Below the pieces are notes generated by a model, which worked only from the letters and a program-made list of their open reading frames with translations, was not told the DNA's origin and searched no databases. Below are positions 52,101 through 63,852 of a DNA stretch of 64,000 bases, piece after piece; position 1 is the stretch's first letter, and every line of letters begins with the position of its first letter. Both the position numbers and the translations under genes were made by a program. The DNA is from Saccostrea echinata (taxonomy: Eukaryota): contig NW_026889757.1 in NCBI RefSeq assembly GCF_033153115.1, positions 11,656,001-11,720,000 of the forward strand, read 5' to 3'.

Positions 52101-54560
52101 GCAATATTAAGATCAATATTTTCTGCAATATTTGCAGCTAGTCTCACTTTCACCAAGAAAGATGTGATATCCTCTGTAAATACAAAAGGAATGACACTAA
52201 TTATTGTAATAGAATGTATAGAATCATTTAAAAAGAAAGTAATTAATCATAGCCATGCCTATGACAATCAAAATTGTAGAAACTTAATTGGTTTATAGTT
52301 TCAATCCATCTCAATACCCTTTTATTAATTCTCAGAAATGACAAGATATCTTCAAAGGTCGATCTGTACTATCATAATTCATAATCATGATTATACGATT
52401 ATTCTGTGGAGATCTACATATAGTTACAAAAATTGTCCCTGAAGAAATTTAGACAGTCAATTAGGATGTACAGCTTCACTGCTTCATAAATTTTAAGCCT
52501 GAATGTACAGGCATAGAGAATTTGCTTAACCATGCATGCACATGCATGTGCACAAATTTATTTTCTGTCATCTGAGCTCATACTTAATAAAAGAAAATTT
52601 GAGTTGGTTTTAGTACCTACCTAGTAAATACTGAGTTTGCTTTTTGTACAGTCGCACACATCCAAACATCAGCTTGGCTGAGAGGTACAGGGAGAATCTG
52701 GGTCGGCTTCTCCCTCGCACCGAGGGTTGCTTCCTCACCATGATGTAATCTAAAATGTCTTCACTGAAAGCATGCAGATGGAAATAAAAAGAACAAAATT
52801 GCTTAAAAGTAGGATTTTAGTTTGTTTTTTTTTTTCAAATAAACAAGGTTTTAACAACTTTTCATTTTAAATTTTCCTCTCCTTAATACAAATTTCAAAA
52901 AAACTTTACCACTAAAGTAAAATTGACCCAAAACTCTTCAATTCAGAGAAATATCTCTTTTCAGTAATTCAACCTGAAAGCAATGTTTGTTGAAAATTTG
53001 CAAAGTCAGTAATCAAATTTAATCAGCTTGAAGTCTACTCATGTGACAAATATCAAAAAGGAGCCAAAACTGTAAGAGCATTTTGAGAGAATTCTTTAGA
53101 AATTTCTACAAATTAATAGTGAGCTAGCAATTTGTCCATGTTATATTTACCTTGGTGTGTAGTACATTTCTTTACCAAAATTAAATAATGGACCAAAACT
53201 GTATGATGAGAGCAGAGAAGCATTCTTGAAAGAATTTCACAGATATTTCTATTTTTACTAACAAAAGGTTCACGTCAGTGTAATATTTAGAGTAAATTAC
53301 TTGTGTTTATAGATATACATTCATTTTTCTCTTTTTTCTTTTTCTTTTTTTTTTTAAATTTTTATCTAATAGAATTGTATTGCTTATAAACCCATATGTT
53401 ATAATATGTGTAATATGCAATAAAGATTATCATTTATAATATTACCATGTTTTACATAGGTTCACTCTAGTAACATCTCTTCTCTTCAACACATGTTCAT
53501 CTTTAATTGTAGCTGCCAACCTGTAGTAAAATAATTAAAGCATTTTGATTTATAATAATATTGTATATATTATTCAGATATGTCAGTGGCCCATTCCCCC
53601 TTAAAAGTTGCCTATAATTAGCCCTCTGTGCATGATTTGATTTTCTCTTAATATCAGTGACCACCAACTCCCGAGAAGTAGGTGAAATTAACATCAAGAT
53701 TTGGGCCCAAAAATGTCTAAAACGTGAATTCCTTAGACATTGTACTAAAAGTTTGTAACACAATGTAGTGCAGTTGTCCAATATCGTGATGTTTTCAAGG
53801 ATATTATTAAAAGGAAAGCTGATGTTAGCATCAGAACCTGTAGCTTTATGTTGGACCTAGCTGCAGACCTGTAGCTCTCTGCCTGAGAAAATTCGGACAG
53901 ATAAACCAGTGAGCTACAGATCCAAGTGTTGTAAAAACCTTGATTCATGCTGCCACTTTTTTGTCGCTCACTTCGGGTATTATTTCTAGGGATATTTGGA
54001 ACCGCTGACAGGTAAATAAAGTATTACCTGGTAAGACGGGGAGTAAAATATATGATTAATTATTGGATACCATATGTGAATTAGGGGAATGCATAAGATA
54101 CAAGAAATAATACCCTAAGTGAGTGACAAAAAAAGGTGGCGTAAATCCAAGGTTTTTACAATGCTTTGATCTGTTGCTCTCTGGTTTATCTGTCCGAATT
54201 TTCTCAACCAGTCTGAGAGCTACAGTTCTGCAGCTATGTTGGACCCAACAGAAAGTAGCATTCTTGAATCAATTTTTCCATATTGCCAATCCACAGTTAA
54301 TTTCAAGCTTTATACAACACAAAAAAAACACAATGCATTAAGCACCCATCAATTGCTCAGTATCTCGAGACATTCTGACAACAAAAAACTCACTGGTTCC
54401 TATAGCTCCTACATGTAGAAATCTAGAAGTATATTCTATTCTGTTGAAAAGAACATCATATTCTTTGGAAAATTATAATGATAACTTTTTCAAAATAATT
54501 TTACCAGACTGTCCCAAAAACACCCCCTCTTCTATTCAAAATGCTCTGATGATAAAACAT
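40115..54560 (-). CDS. REC8: Meiotic recombination protein REC8 (meiotic cohesin kleisin), 16 exons, ~693 aa
   Basis: Exons 54560-54505, 53520-53446, 52763-52621, 52173-52095, 51894-51798, 48987-48846, 48565-48489, 48212-48076, 46688-46454, 46009-45851, 45571-45400, 45153-44972, 44249-44113, 41354-41157, 41008-40899 and 40197-40115; all GT-AG and in phase. The N-terminus MFYHQSILNRRGGVFGTVWLAAT...VNLCKTCEDILDYIMVRKQP...RPRFSLYLSAKLMFGCVRLY is REC8-type rather than RAD21-type. It also has KRRRRHLIVDE and the C-terminal winged helix RKIAASMFNALLHLC...VDQREPYGEMLIQRG. Confidence 0.95.
41499..43860. mobile_element. Helentron-like element (HINE) with a 128/146-bp tandem array whose unit contains the palindrome AAAAGTAGGTCACnGTGACCTACTTTT; in REC8 intron 13
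   Basis: Begins ACAAGAGGCCCATGGGCC and ends TTAGCTCTTTGAGCCTTTGGCTCAGAAGAGCTAAAAA; ~14 units between ~41650 and 43440. Confidence 0.85.
49321..51450. mobile_element. Older copy of the 5998-8240 HINE family (~168 bp array) in REC8 intron 5
   Basis: Same start (ACAAGAGGCCCAAGGACCTTAACAGTCATCTGAG), same unit (CCAGAACCCCTGACCCAGGGGCCATGAA) and a degraded terminal palindrome. Confidence 0.8.
53858..54236. mobile_element. Long-TIR MITE with 9-bp TSD (TAG termini, Academ/AcademH-like) in REC8 intron 1
   Basis: TGTTGGACC|TAGCTGCAGACCTGTAGCTCTC...GAGAGCTACAGTTCTGCAGCTA|TGTTGGACC; ~130 bp imperfect inverted arms. Confidence 0.75.
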
Positions 54561-54585
54561 TTTCTGCCTGTTCCACAACTTAAAG

Positions 54586-54594
54586 TTTCCCGCC
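54586..54594 (-). promoter_or_regulatory. E2F/E2F6 consensus site GGCGGGAAA, 26-34 nt upstream of the REC8 ATG
   Basis: TTTCCCGCC on the + strand in an otherwise AT-rich context next to the start codon. Confidence 0.5.
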
Positions 54595-56734
54595 TAAATA
54601 AGATTTCATTATATTTGTTAAACCAAACCCGATTCAATATTTTCGGGGGGGGGGGGGGGGACTATTACCACGTCTACAGTTGCTTTAGGCAAATATTTCA
54701 TGAATTGAATTATATATAAATGATATCGTTTAGTGAGAAAAAATACTTGGATTCGAATGGGGGAAGGAAGAAATGTTGCGAAGAATATTTTTGACAGCGT
54801 GACCTTTGAACCAGGATGTTCCCTTGCCACTTGCGTCATATTCGAAGATGGAACGAAGATCGAGAGGTAGAGTGTTTACAGTGTTTATAATGACATTGTA
54901 TTTATATACTGAACATTTCATTACCGATTTTTTTTTAAAATCATCATGGACATTCATGATAACATGTACTGTATGTATCATCCCAGACAATTACATTGCC
55001 CTACATACAATCATTGACGTATAAATATAATTAACTTAAACTACTTTGTATAATATAATATGTTGAATGTAAACGACATGTGACCATGAGGGATGGGTTC
55101 TGCTAACAGGCGCGGATTTACTCAAATTTGCAGGTGCATATGAATATATGAGAATACTGATACAGTATCATAAGTAAAACCCACATTCTCTAATTCAGTA
55201 ACATACCCTTTTTCATATCACATCCTGTATCAGCCCTGGACCAATATCAGTTAATAGGACCTTCAGCTGTCTGGCTGATATTGGTGTCTCGGGCTGAAAG
55301 AAGATGTGATGTGGAAAAGGGTATGATCTATTATGTTTATTAGGCCAAATAAAAAAATATGTGTGGTTCTGGTTACCCAACCGTCCCTATTTTACACCCC
55401 CGACCCTAAACTTTTTTTTGGCAATTTTCATATTTTTTCTGGAATTTTCTCCGATTTCCGTCATCCGCTCCAGTATTTAAGTTTTAGTTTTAGCAATGGC
55501 GGCCTCCTTGCAAAACATTGTTTCAACACATAGTGCAAGTGTTTAATAGTGTTAAATCTAATAAGCAAGCTAGCATGGCGTGGTGGCATGCTTCTTTTCC
55601 CAGCTTCATTTTTTTTTTTTTTTTGGTATTTGCTAGCCAAAATTAAATAAATGTGCCTAACAGTGGCGAGATTCACTAATAGTTGCTCAGTTTAACCAGC
55701 ACATGCTGATTAGCCCCTTTGTTTAATACATGCAAAGGTGTGAAGTCAGAATAGAAACACACACAGACAGCTGGGGAGGTAACATACCTTTGGGAGTTGG
55801 GGGAAGATAACATGAGAAAGCATTTGATTACATTGATTACGCAAGAATTAGCCTAATGTTTAAGATAAATTAATTTATTAATTATTAAATAATTTATATC
55901 AGGATCGTTTCTTTTAAACCGAAAATAGAAAAAAAAAAGCAGTTGATGAGTGACAAACAAGACTGCTGATTTTACCTGAATAAAGTCAACATACATAGTA
56001 CCAATATATAAGAGAAATGAGCTTGGAAGTATGAAGTCTTCAATAAGGCAAAAAAGTATTCATTGTAAGAATTTAAAATTTTAACAATATTAAATTTTTA
56101 TAATTCTCACACACATGAATGATTCTATGTCACCTTGCTTATGTGGTTTATTTTGTTTTAAACATTACTGTACAAAGTACAGGTGTCACTTTCCTCTGAC
56201 AGCTCTTATACTCTATGTCCATTTTCTATTTTATTGTTCTAAATTTATTCTTGAATAAAATAAGAATTACACTGTATAAAATTAAGTCATTAATTTCATT
56301 TATAAACATGGATTTAAAAAAAGGATGTTCACCTCGAACTTTTTTTTTACCAAAATGAAAAAAAAGATTATTTGTGTTTTTATTATTTTTGATTTAGGGG
56401 TGCCCCCTACCAATGTTAACTAGTATATTATCATGGCACATCTAATTATGCCACTTGCAAAGCAGTGATAGGTATTATTTAGAAAAATTTAGATTGATAG
56501 ATTGTTTGTTGTTTAACGTCCCTCTCGAGAATTTTTCACTCATATGGAGACACCACCACTTGCCAGTGGAGGGCTACAAATTAAATTTTGACCTACTCGA
56601 CACTCAGGGCCATTGAGGAGTGAGGGATCTTTTTTGTGCCAGCACCTACTGCAACACAGAACCTTTGTTTATACAGTCTCATCCGAAGGACAGGTCTCCA
56701 CGTCCCGCAGTGGGATTCGAACCCACGGCATAAG

Positions 56735-57621
56735 TAGTGATGGGACATCGGTTAATTTTCATAATCGATCATTGGTTGGAATCGATTACTGCTTCCGATG
56801 CGATTTTACTGATTATAATTGGATTTTATAGTTTTGTATACAAAAAAGCAGACTATTAAAATTATTTCATATTATTTCCTTAACATGTATTATAATATAT
56901 GAAATATATAATATATTATTTTCTTCGTTGTTTTGCTTCTTTTACACTTTCTAGGCCTAAAAAAATTATGTTTGTTTGTTTCCTGTAACATTCCCAAAAA
57001 ATCTAGGGTCGGTAGGTCAGGAATTTTTTTTTTTTTTTTTTTGCTTATGAATCAGGGGGTCAAACATCCCGGGACTGAATTATCCAGGTGTTATATTTAC
57101 AGTGGACACCCAACATGTCTGCCTAGCGGCAGAAAACGAAGTTCAAAAAGTTGTGGGAGGAAATGATTACTCTTTATATTAAGGTAAATGTTGACTAAGT
57201 TGCATATTTTATATCTCAAATAAAAGATACAATTAATATTTTTTGAATAAAAAGAATCAGCTGATTGATCAAACCAAAGAGCAAACACAGATTTGGCAGA
57301 AAAAAAATCCACCTGGGGGTAAATTGAATGGGTCGGTCGGGTTACAGGAAACAAACATAATTTTTTTTAGGCCCTATATATGCACCTTTCGGTTCTTATA
57401 TAGTCACCTCTGCATCGTGCTAGTTGGCTGGTATCAGATGCAGACGCCATTTTCTTTCATTAAGAAGAAATAAATTTTAAACCAGAAATGGATAATTCCG
57501 GAATGTATTGTATTAGAAGTATGTTTCCGATAATCGATTATAAAAAATTATAATCGATCATCGGAATCGGTAGCATATTTTCATAGACAATCGATGTTTT
57601 CTGATTATCGGTACAACACTA
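56735..57621. mobile_element. hAT-like MITE (TAGTG termini, degenerate 8-bp TSD)
   Basis: GGCATAAG|TAGTGATGGGACATCGGT...ATCGGTACAACACTA|GTCGTAAG; subterminal AATCGAT motifs. Confidence 0.65.
56954..57373. mobile_element. Zator-like MITE (3-bp TSD), innermost nested element
   Basis: CTA|GGCCTAAAAAAATTATGTTTG...CAAACATAATTTTTTTTAGGCC|CTA; homologous copy at ~16087-16583. Confidence 0.75.
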
Positions 57622-57897
57622 GTCGTAAGGATCAACTCCTTACTCCACGACTCTAGAGCAAATGCTCTAACCACTGCAGGCAAAAAATTTAGAAAATCCC
57701 TACCTACCTACCCTATTTTTTTTGGAGGTGTAACCAGAACCACACATATTTTTTTGTTTGGCCTTACAAAAACAATTAAATAATCATGCACTGATGACTG
57801 ACATGTAGCTTAATTATTATATCAAAGAGCAGTATGCGTGATTTAAAAGTAAACAAATGTGACCAAAAAAAAATATTAGATGTATTTTCACAAGTAC

Positions 57898-57898
<1 letters not shown>

Positions 57899-57947
<49 letters not shown>

Positions 57948-59513
57948 CGTTGTCTGTCCGTCCATCCGTCCGTCCATCCGTCTGTAAACTTTTCACATTT
58001 TCAACTTCTTCTCAAGAACCACTAGGCCAATTTTAACCAAACTTGGTACAAAGTATCCTTGGGTGAAGGGGAGAGTAAATTATTAAAATAAAGGGCCAAG
58101 TCCCCTTACAAGGGGAGATAATCAAGAAAAGACAAAATAGGGTGGGGTCATTAAAAAATCTTCTTCTCAAGAACCACTGGGCCAGAAAAGCTGAAACTTA
58201 TGTGGAAGCATCCTGGGATAGTGTAAATTCTAAATTGTTCAAATCATGACCCCCGGGGGTAAGGCGGGGCCACAATAGGGAATCCAAGTTTTACATTGAA
58301 ATACATAAGAAAAATCTTTAAAAATCTTCTTCTCAAGAACCACTGGGCCAGAAAAGCTGAAACTTATTTGGAAGCATCCTTGGGTAGTGTAGATTATAAA
58401 TTGTTCAAATCATAACCCCCGGGGGTAGAGCGGGGCCACAATAGGGAGTCCAAGTTTTACATTGAAATATATAAAAAAAATCTTTAAAAATCTTCTTCTC
58501 AAGAACCACTGGGCCAGAAAAGCTGAAACTTATATGGAAGCATCCTGGGGTAGTGTAGAATCTAAATTGTTCAAATCATGACCCCCGTGGGTAGGGCGGG
58601 GCCACAATAGGGAATCCAAGTTATACATTGAAATATATAGGAAAAATTTTTTAAAATCTTCTTCTCAAGAACAACTGGGCCAGAAAAGCTGAAACTTACA
58701 TGGAAGCATCCTGGGGTAGTGTAGAATCAAAATTGTTCAAATCATGACCCCCGTGGGTAGGGCGGGGCCACAATAGGGAATACAAGTTTTACATTGAAAT
58801 ATATAGGAAAAATCTTAAAAAATCTTCTTCTCAAGAACCACTTGGCCAGAAATACTGAAACTTATATGGAAGCATCCTGGGGTAGTGTAGATTATAAATT
58901 GTTCAAATCATGAAACCCGGGGGTAGGGGCGGGGGGGGGGGGGGGGCACAATAGGGAATCCAAGTTTTACATTGAAATATATAGAAAAAAATCTTAAAAT
59001 ATCTTCTTTTCAAGAACCACTGGGCCAGAAAAGCTGAAACTTATATGGAAGCAATCTTGGGTAGTGTAGAATCTAAATTGTTCAAATCATGACCCCCGGA
59101 GTAGGGCGGGGCCACAGTAGGGAATCCAAGTTTTACATTGAAATACATGAGAAAAATCTTTAAAAATCTTCTTCTCAAGAACCACTGGGCCAGAAAAGCT
59201 GAAACTTATATGGAAGCATCCATTGTTCAAATCATGACCCCCCGGGTGTAGGGCGGGACACAATAGGGAATCCAAGTTTTACATTGAAATATATAAGAAA
59301 ACTCTTAAAAAATCTTCTTTTCAAGAACCACTGGACCAATAAAGCTGAAACTTATTTGGAAGCATCCTGAGGTAGTGTTGATTCTAAATTGTTCAAAGCA
59401 TGACCCCCGGAGGTAGGGCGGGGCCACAATAGGTATATTAAAAGGGGGGAAATCTGGTAAAGAACAGCATGGCCAAAGCTACTCAGGTGAGATGTGGCCC
59501 ATGGGCCTCTTGT
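57899..59513. mobile_element. HINE/Helentron-like element with a 166-bp satellite array (Cg170-like)
   Basis: Starts with the TTTTTAGCTCACCTGAGCTGAAAGCTCAAGTGAGCT palindrome and a (GTCC)n microsatellite. Units AAAATCTTCTTCTCAAGAAC at 58155, 58321, 58487, 58653 and 58819 give a period of 166. Ends GGCCCATGGGCCTCTTGTT. Orientation is opposite to the 5998 and 41499 elements. Confidence 0.85.
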
Positions 59514-60186
59514 TAAAGGTTTAATCTACTAGGGGTGTGATATAAACCTGTATCAGCCCTGCAAATCCATATCAGCCCTGCAGGATTCGTCGGCTATTGT
59601 GACATTAGTCATATCGCATATATGCAAAAAAAACTGTATTTATCACTAAGTATAACAGAAATTAAGTATTTACTGGCTACACTGTTAACATGATCAATTA
59701 TAAAATATGCATGTTTTGTTTTGTTTTGTTTTTTTTAATTTATAAATACTTTTACATTTGATCTACAAGGAATTGTAAATTTACAAAAACACTACGTTAT
59801 ATTTAGATGATATATAATATTAAAAAATATTATTTGTTGACTACTAATCTTCATAGTGTTCCAGGAATGGGTTTTCTGGTAAATAATGCTTAGAATTTAG
59901 TGTATATATTTATTTCATAAATCATTTTTGAGAAACTTTGAAATAATATCTTAATTTCATAAGTTTAGCTTTTGTTTTAATTAGCCTACATTACATTACA
60001 GTTTTATTGACCTTTGAACTTTACCAGTCTGTTTCCTGTGTGTAAAGTTGCACTATATATGACTCAAGAAACAGGAAGTAAGAGAAGCAAGATCAAGGAT
60101 TGATATTGAAGAGTGTTAAACTGTGGAGAAGAATATGAATATTTTGAAGATGAACTTAATGACTAGCTGTCAGAATTAAACCACTT

Positions 60187-60537
60187 ATGAGAACGTCTGC
60201 ACCAAAATTATGGATAATTCTCTTCTGTGTAATAAAACACACAGAATTATCAGGTATTTTATTTACCATCTATCAATTGTATCCATGGTTGTATTTCTAC
60301 ACATAAGGAAATTTTATGAATATACTTCCCAGATCTTTCCATGAAAAAAACATGTCATATTTTCTGAGCAACTTGCACCTCTAATTCTGATATTGTATTT
60401 CTTTTCATTTCTTTTTCTGATCGAAATTTTTCTGTTGTCTGTCGGCGGCGGCGTTGTTGTTGTCGCACACAATTTCACAATTTCACCTTCTCCAAACTAC
60501 TGGGCCAATTTCAACCAAACTTGGCACAGAGTTTCCG

Positions 60538-60575
<38 letters not shown>

Positions 60576-61755
60576 GCGCCCTCTTTCAAGGGGAGATAAT
60601 AAAGAATTACTGAAAAATTAATAGCATCTTTTAAAAATCTTCTTCTCAAGAACCACAGGGCCAGGAAAGATGAAACTCATGTGGAAGCATCCTCAGTGAG
60701 TGTAGATTCAAGTTTGTCCAAATCATGACCCCCGGGGGGAGGGCGGGGCCACAATGGAGGATCAAAGTTTTACATAGAAATATATAGGAAAAATCTTTAA
60801 AAATCTTCTTCTCAAGAACAGCAAAGCCATGATGAGTCATATATATATATGGAAGCATCTTCAGATAGTGTAAATTCAAGTTTGTTCAAATCATTACCCC
60901 CGGGGGTAGGGCTGGGCCACAATGGAGGATCAAAGTTCTACATAGAAATATGTAGGAAAAACCTTTAAAAATCTTCTTCTCAAGAACAGAAAAGCCATGA
61001 TGAGTCATATTTATATGGAAGCATCCTCAGGTAGTGTCAATTCAAGTTTATTCAAATCATGACCCCTGGGGGCAGGGTGGGGCCACAATGGAGGATCGAA
61101 GTTTTACATAGAAAATATATAGGAAAAACCTTTAAAAATCTTTTTCTCAAGAACAGCAAAGCCATGATAAGTCATATTTATATGGAAGCATCCTCAGGCA
61201 GTGTAGATTCTATTTTGTTCAAATCATGACCCCCGGGGGTAGGGTGGGGTCACAATGGAAGATCAAAGGTTTACATAGAAATATATAGGAAAAATCTTTA
61301 AAAATCTTCTTCTCAAGAACAGCAAAGCCATGATGAGTCATATTTATATGGAAGCATCCTCAGGTAGTGTAGATTCAAGTTTGTTCAAATCATGACCCCC
61401 GGAGGTAGGGCAGGGCCACAATGGAGGATCAAATTTTACATAGAAATAAATAGGAAAAATCATAAGAACATATAGAAAAAATATTTCTTCTCAAGAACAG
61501 AAAAGCTATGTTTAGTCATATTGATATGGAAGCATCCTCAGGTAGTGTAGATTCAAGTTTTTTCAAATCATGACCCCTGGGATAGGGAGGAGCCACAATG
61601 GGGGATCAAATTTTTACAAAGGAATATATGGGAAAATTTTTATTAATATCTTCTCAAGTACAACAAAGCCATTTGTTATATTGACAAGCCCCCCCCCTCC
61701 CCCCCGGTAATCTTTCCAATACTGAACTGATTTGTGCTTTTGCCAAGCCAATGTG

Positions 61756-61791
<36 letters not shown>

Positions 61792-62973
61792 CTCATGTGG
61801 CCAGATAGTTGGCCCTTTGTGAGTTGAACCCCTTTGAGAATAATGAAAGAGATTTATCAATGTTGTTTTAACTACATGTAAACAGTACCTTTCTCAGTTT
61901 CCGGGTTCCCCTTTGGAAAAAAAATGTCTCAATACTCCTTTTAGTTACAGAAAATTTCCTGATTAAACATAAGGCCATAACTATTTCCCGAGGTAAAGCC
62001 AAGGGAAATAGTCCAGGTCAAGGGGAACTGGAATCTTGCTAACTCCCGCAATGATATACTTTTCACTATTTTATCATACCGATACAAGCGTAAAATTTAG
62101 AGGATTCAGATAGCATGATTTCAAAGCAGGGATTAGCTCACTTGACCAACACACAGGGATTAGTCCATTCGCATATCATAAAAATCTGAAAGTAAAATCT
62201 AGAGGATTACTTATAAATGGGAATTAGCTTTTGAAGCCGGGATTAGCTCCATTCATAACAATTTCTAGGGAATAAGTCACATCTAATGATCTAATGTTAT
62301 ATAAAGGAAAAATCAGTAGATGTATAATAATTAAATATAATAGATGAATCCCTAAAGTTACTCATTATACTGTTCAAATGTTTTCAAGCCAAATTGATTA
62401 CAGAAAAAATATTAACATCACATACATGTACACATAGTCTGTTTGTCCCAAATTGTCCTAGCTGTCCAAGTACAACTTCCTCTATCTCCATATTATGTGG
62501 CAGACACCCCCATCCCTTTCATTCTTCCTTCCTGCAGGTCTGATAAATTTATTGTGGGTTAAATTAGACAATATATGTTAGTAGTTTAATGAATGCACTT
62601 ACTTTGTAAAAGTTTGCTTATATAATTTTGATCATCATGCTATAGTAAGGTTGGAATAATCTTGTATAGCTTTTAAAAATTTTATTTTCAGACATTGATG
62701 CCAAAATTACATATGCTGAATTTGGTGCAGGATTGAATCTGAGCTGTAATTGTTTTTCTAAAAATACCGGAAGTCAAATCAAGAGATGGTGTGACAATGA
62801 TGGGTTAATTAAAGAATCGGGGGATGACTGGGGTCCAAAATTGTTTAATGGAGGTGAAATACTCAAAATACAAAGTGTCAGAAACCTGGACAAGAATATC
62901 ACATACGAGTGTCGAGTTGTTGGTCAAAACGGATCCGAAGAGCACTGTCAAAAATATACTGTACAAGCTTTTC
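60187..62973 (+). CDS. Immunoglobulin-superfamily secreted or membrane protein, 5' part (signal-peptide exon plus first Ig exon); continues beyond the window
   Basis: Exon 60187-60253 (MRTSAPKLWIILFCVIKHTELS, phase 1) joins exon 62692-62973 (phase 1-1): DIDAKITYAEFGAGLNLSCNC...IKRWC...GEILKIQSVRNLDKNITYECRV...YTVQAF. This gives the B-strand Cys, C-strand Trp, L-x-I and Y-x-C of an Ig fold. Confidence 0.75.
60412..61790. mobile_element. HINE/Helentron-like element with a ~167-bp array (Cg170-related subfamily) in intron 1 of the Ig gene
   Basis: Units AAAATCTTCTTCTCAAGAAC at ~60634, 60800, 60968, 61135 and 61301; ends CTCAGGTGAGCGATGTGGCCCATGGGCCTCTTGTT. Confidence 0.8.
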
Positions 62974-63141
62974 GTAAGTATTAGAAGTACATTAGTGGAA
63001 GATATCCCTCTGCTCTTTCTTAAGTAATTTTGTCAAATTTATAATGGCTAGAAGATGAAGACAGACTGAAATGAAAACCAAGCAAAATAAGTACCATATT
63101 CAATATTGGACAAAATCTGAGATGAATCATTTTATAAAAGA

Positions 63142-63330
63142 AACAAGATGTGTATATGAAACACTGATGCCCCCGTATGGCAACTTATAGCGAAAGTTAA
63201 ACTTTCTCAAATGCAAATCAAATATGATGGTACTGTACCCAAAGTGTACTTGTACCGAGGAATATACCTGTGTAATATGAAAGCCCTAGCAGCAACCATT
63301 GAAAAGATATGGAAAAGGTAAAAGTTTTTC

Positions 63331-63361
<31 letters not shown>

Positions 63362-63476
63362 AAGGGTCAAAGTTGTTGTTATCCAAAGAAAGGTCTTGTC
63401 ACAAGGATTACACATGTGAAGTATGAAAGCCCTAGCACCAACCGTTCAATAGTTATAGCCAATGTTAAAGTTTTTC

Positions 63477-63507
<31 letters not shown>

Positions 63508-63852
63508 AAGGGTCAAAGTTGTTGATATCCAAAGGAAGGCCTTGTCACGAGGATTACACATGTGAAGAATGAAAGCCCTAGCACCAACCGTTCAAAAGTT
63601 ATGGCCAAGGTTAAAATTGGGAAAAATTTTGTAAAACTGGATCAAACTCCAAGGTCAAGGTCAAATATGATGGTTCCCAAATAAAGGTCTTGTCACAAGG
63701 AATATACCTGTGAAATATGAAAGCCATAGCTTCAACCAATCAAAAGTTATGAGCAATGTTAAAGTTTTTGCGGACAAACAGACAGACAGACAGATGGACT
63801 GACAGGGCAAAAACTATATACCCCCGAATCTTCGATATGGGGGCATAACAAA
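63142..63852. mobile_element. HINE-like element with ~146-156 bp units rich in CAAGGTCAAGGTCA
   Basis: Starts ACAAGATGTG..TGATGCCCCC; three to four units; (GACA)n microsatellite; ends with the hairpin CCCCCGAATCTTCGATATGGGGGCATAA. Confidence 0.7.

Larger units (their letters stand above)
56492..57677 (-). mobile_element. tRNA-headed SINE split between its A and B boxes by a hAT-like insertion
   Basis: Body and tail at 56492-56734 include the B box GGTTCGAATCCC; the head with A box GCAGTGGTTAGAGCA is at 57622-57677. Flanked by AAAAATTTAG direct repeats. Confidence 0.7.
55343..57763. mobile_element. Zator-like non-autonomous transposon (3-bp TTA TSD); outermost layer of a nested cluster
   Basis: TTA|GGCCAAATAAAAAAATATGTGTGGTTCTGGTTAC...GTAACCAGAACCACACATATTTTTTTGTTTGGCC|TTA. 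Confidence 0.75.

Noticed and set aside
54374-54440. Possible extra REC8 exon (TTCTTTTCAACAG...GGAACCA|GTGAGT on the minus strand)
   Set aside because: Its exit phase is incompatible with exon 2 and it would interrupt the conserved VW|LAAT motif; at most a non-productive cassette, unsupported without RNA data.
40115-54560. Alternative call RAD21/RAD21L for the kleisin
   Set aside because: WLAAT and RPRFSLYLSA.L..G..R.Y are REC8-type; RAD21 has WLAAHW and ALRTSGHLLLGVVRIY.
57406-57448. Apparent first exon on the minus strand (AAAATGGCG, MASASDTSQLARCR then GTGACT donor)
   Set aside because: It lies inside a hAT-like MITE, I found no in-phase downstream exon, and the true REC8 start (MFYHQ...) is at 54560.
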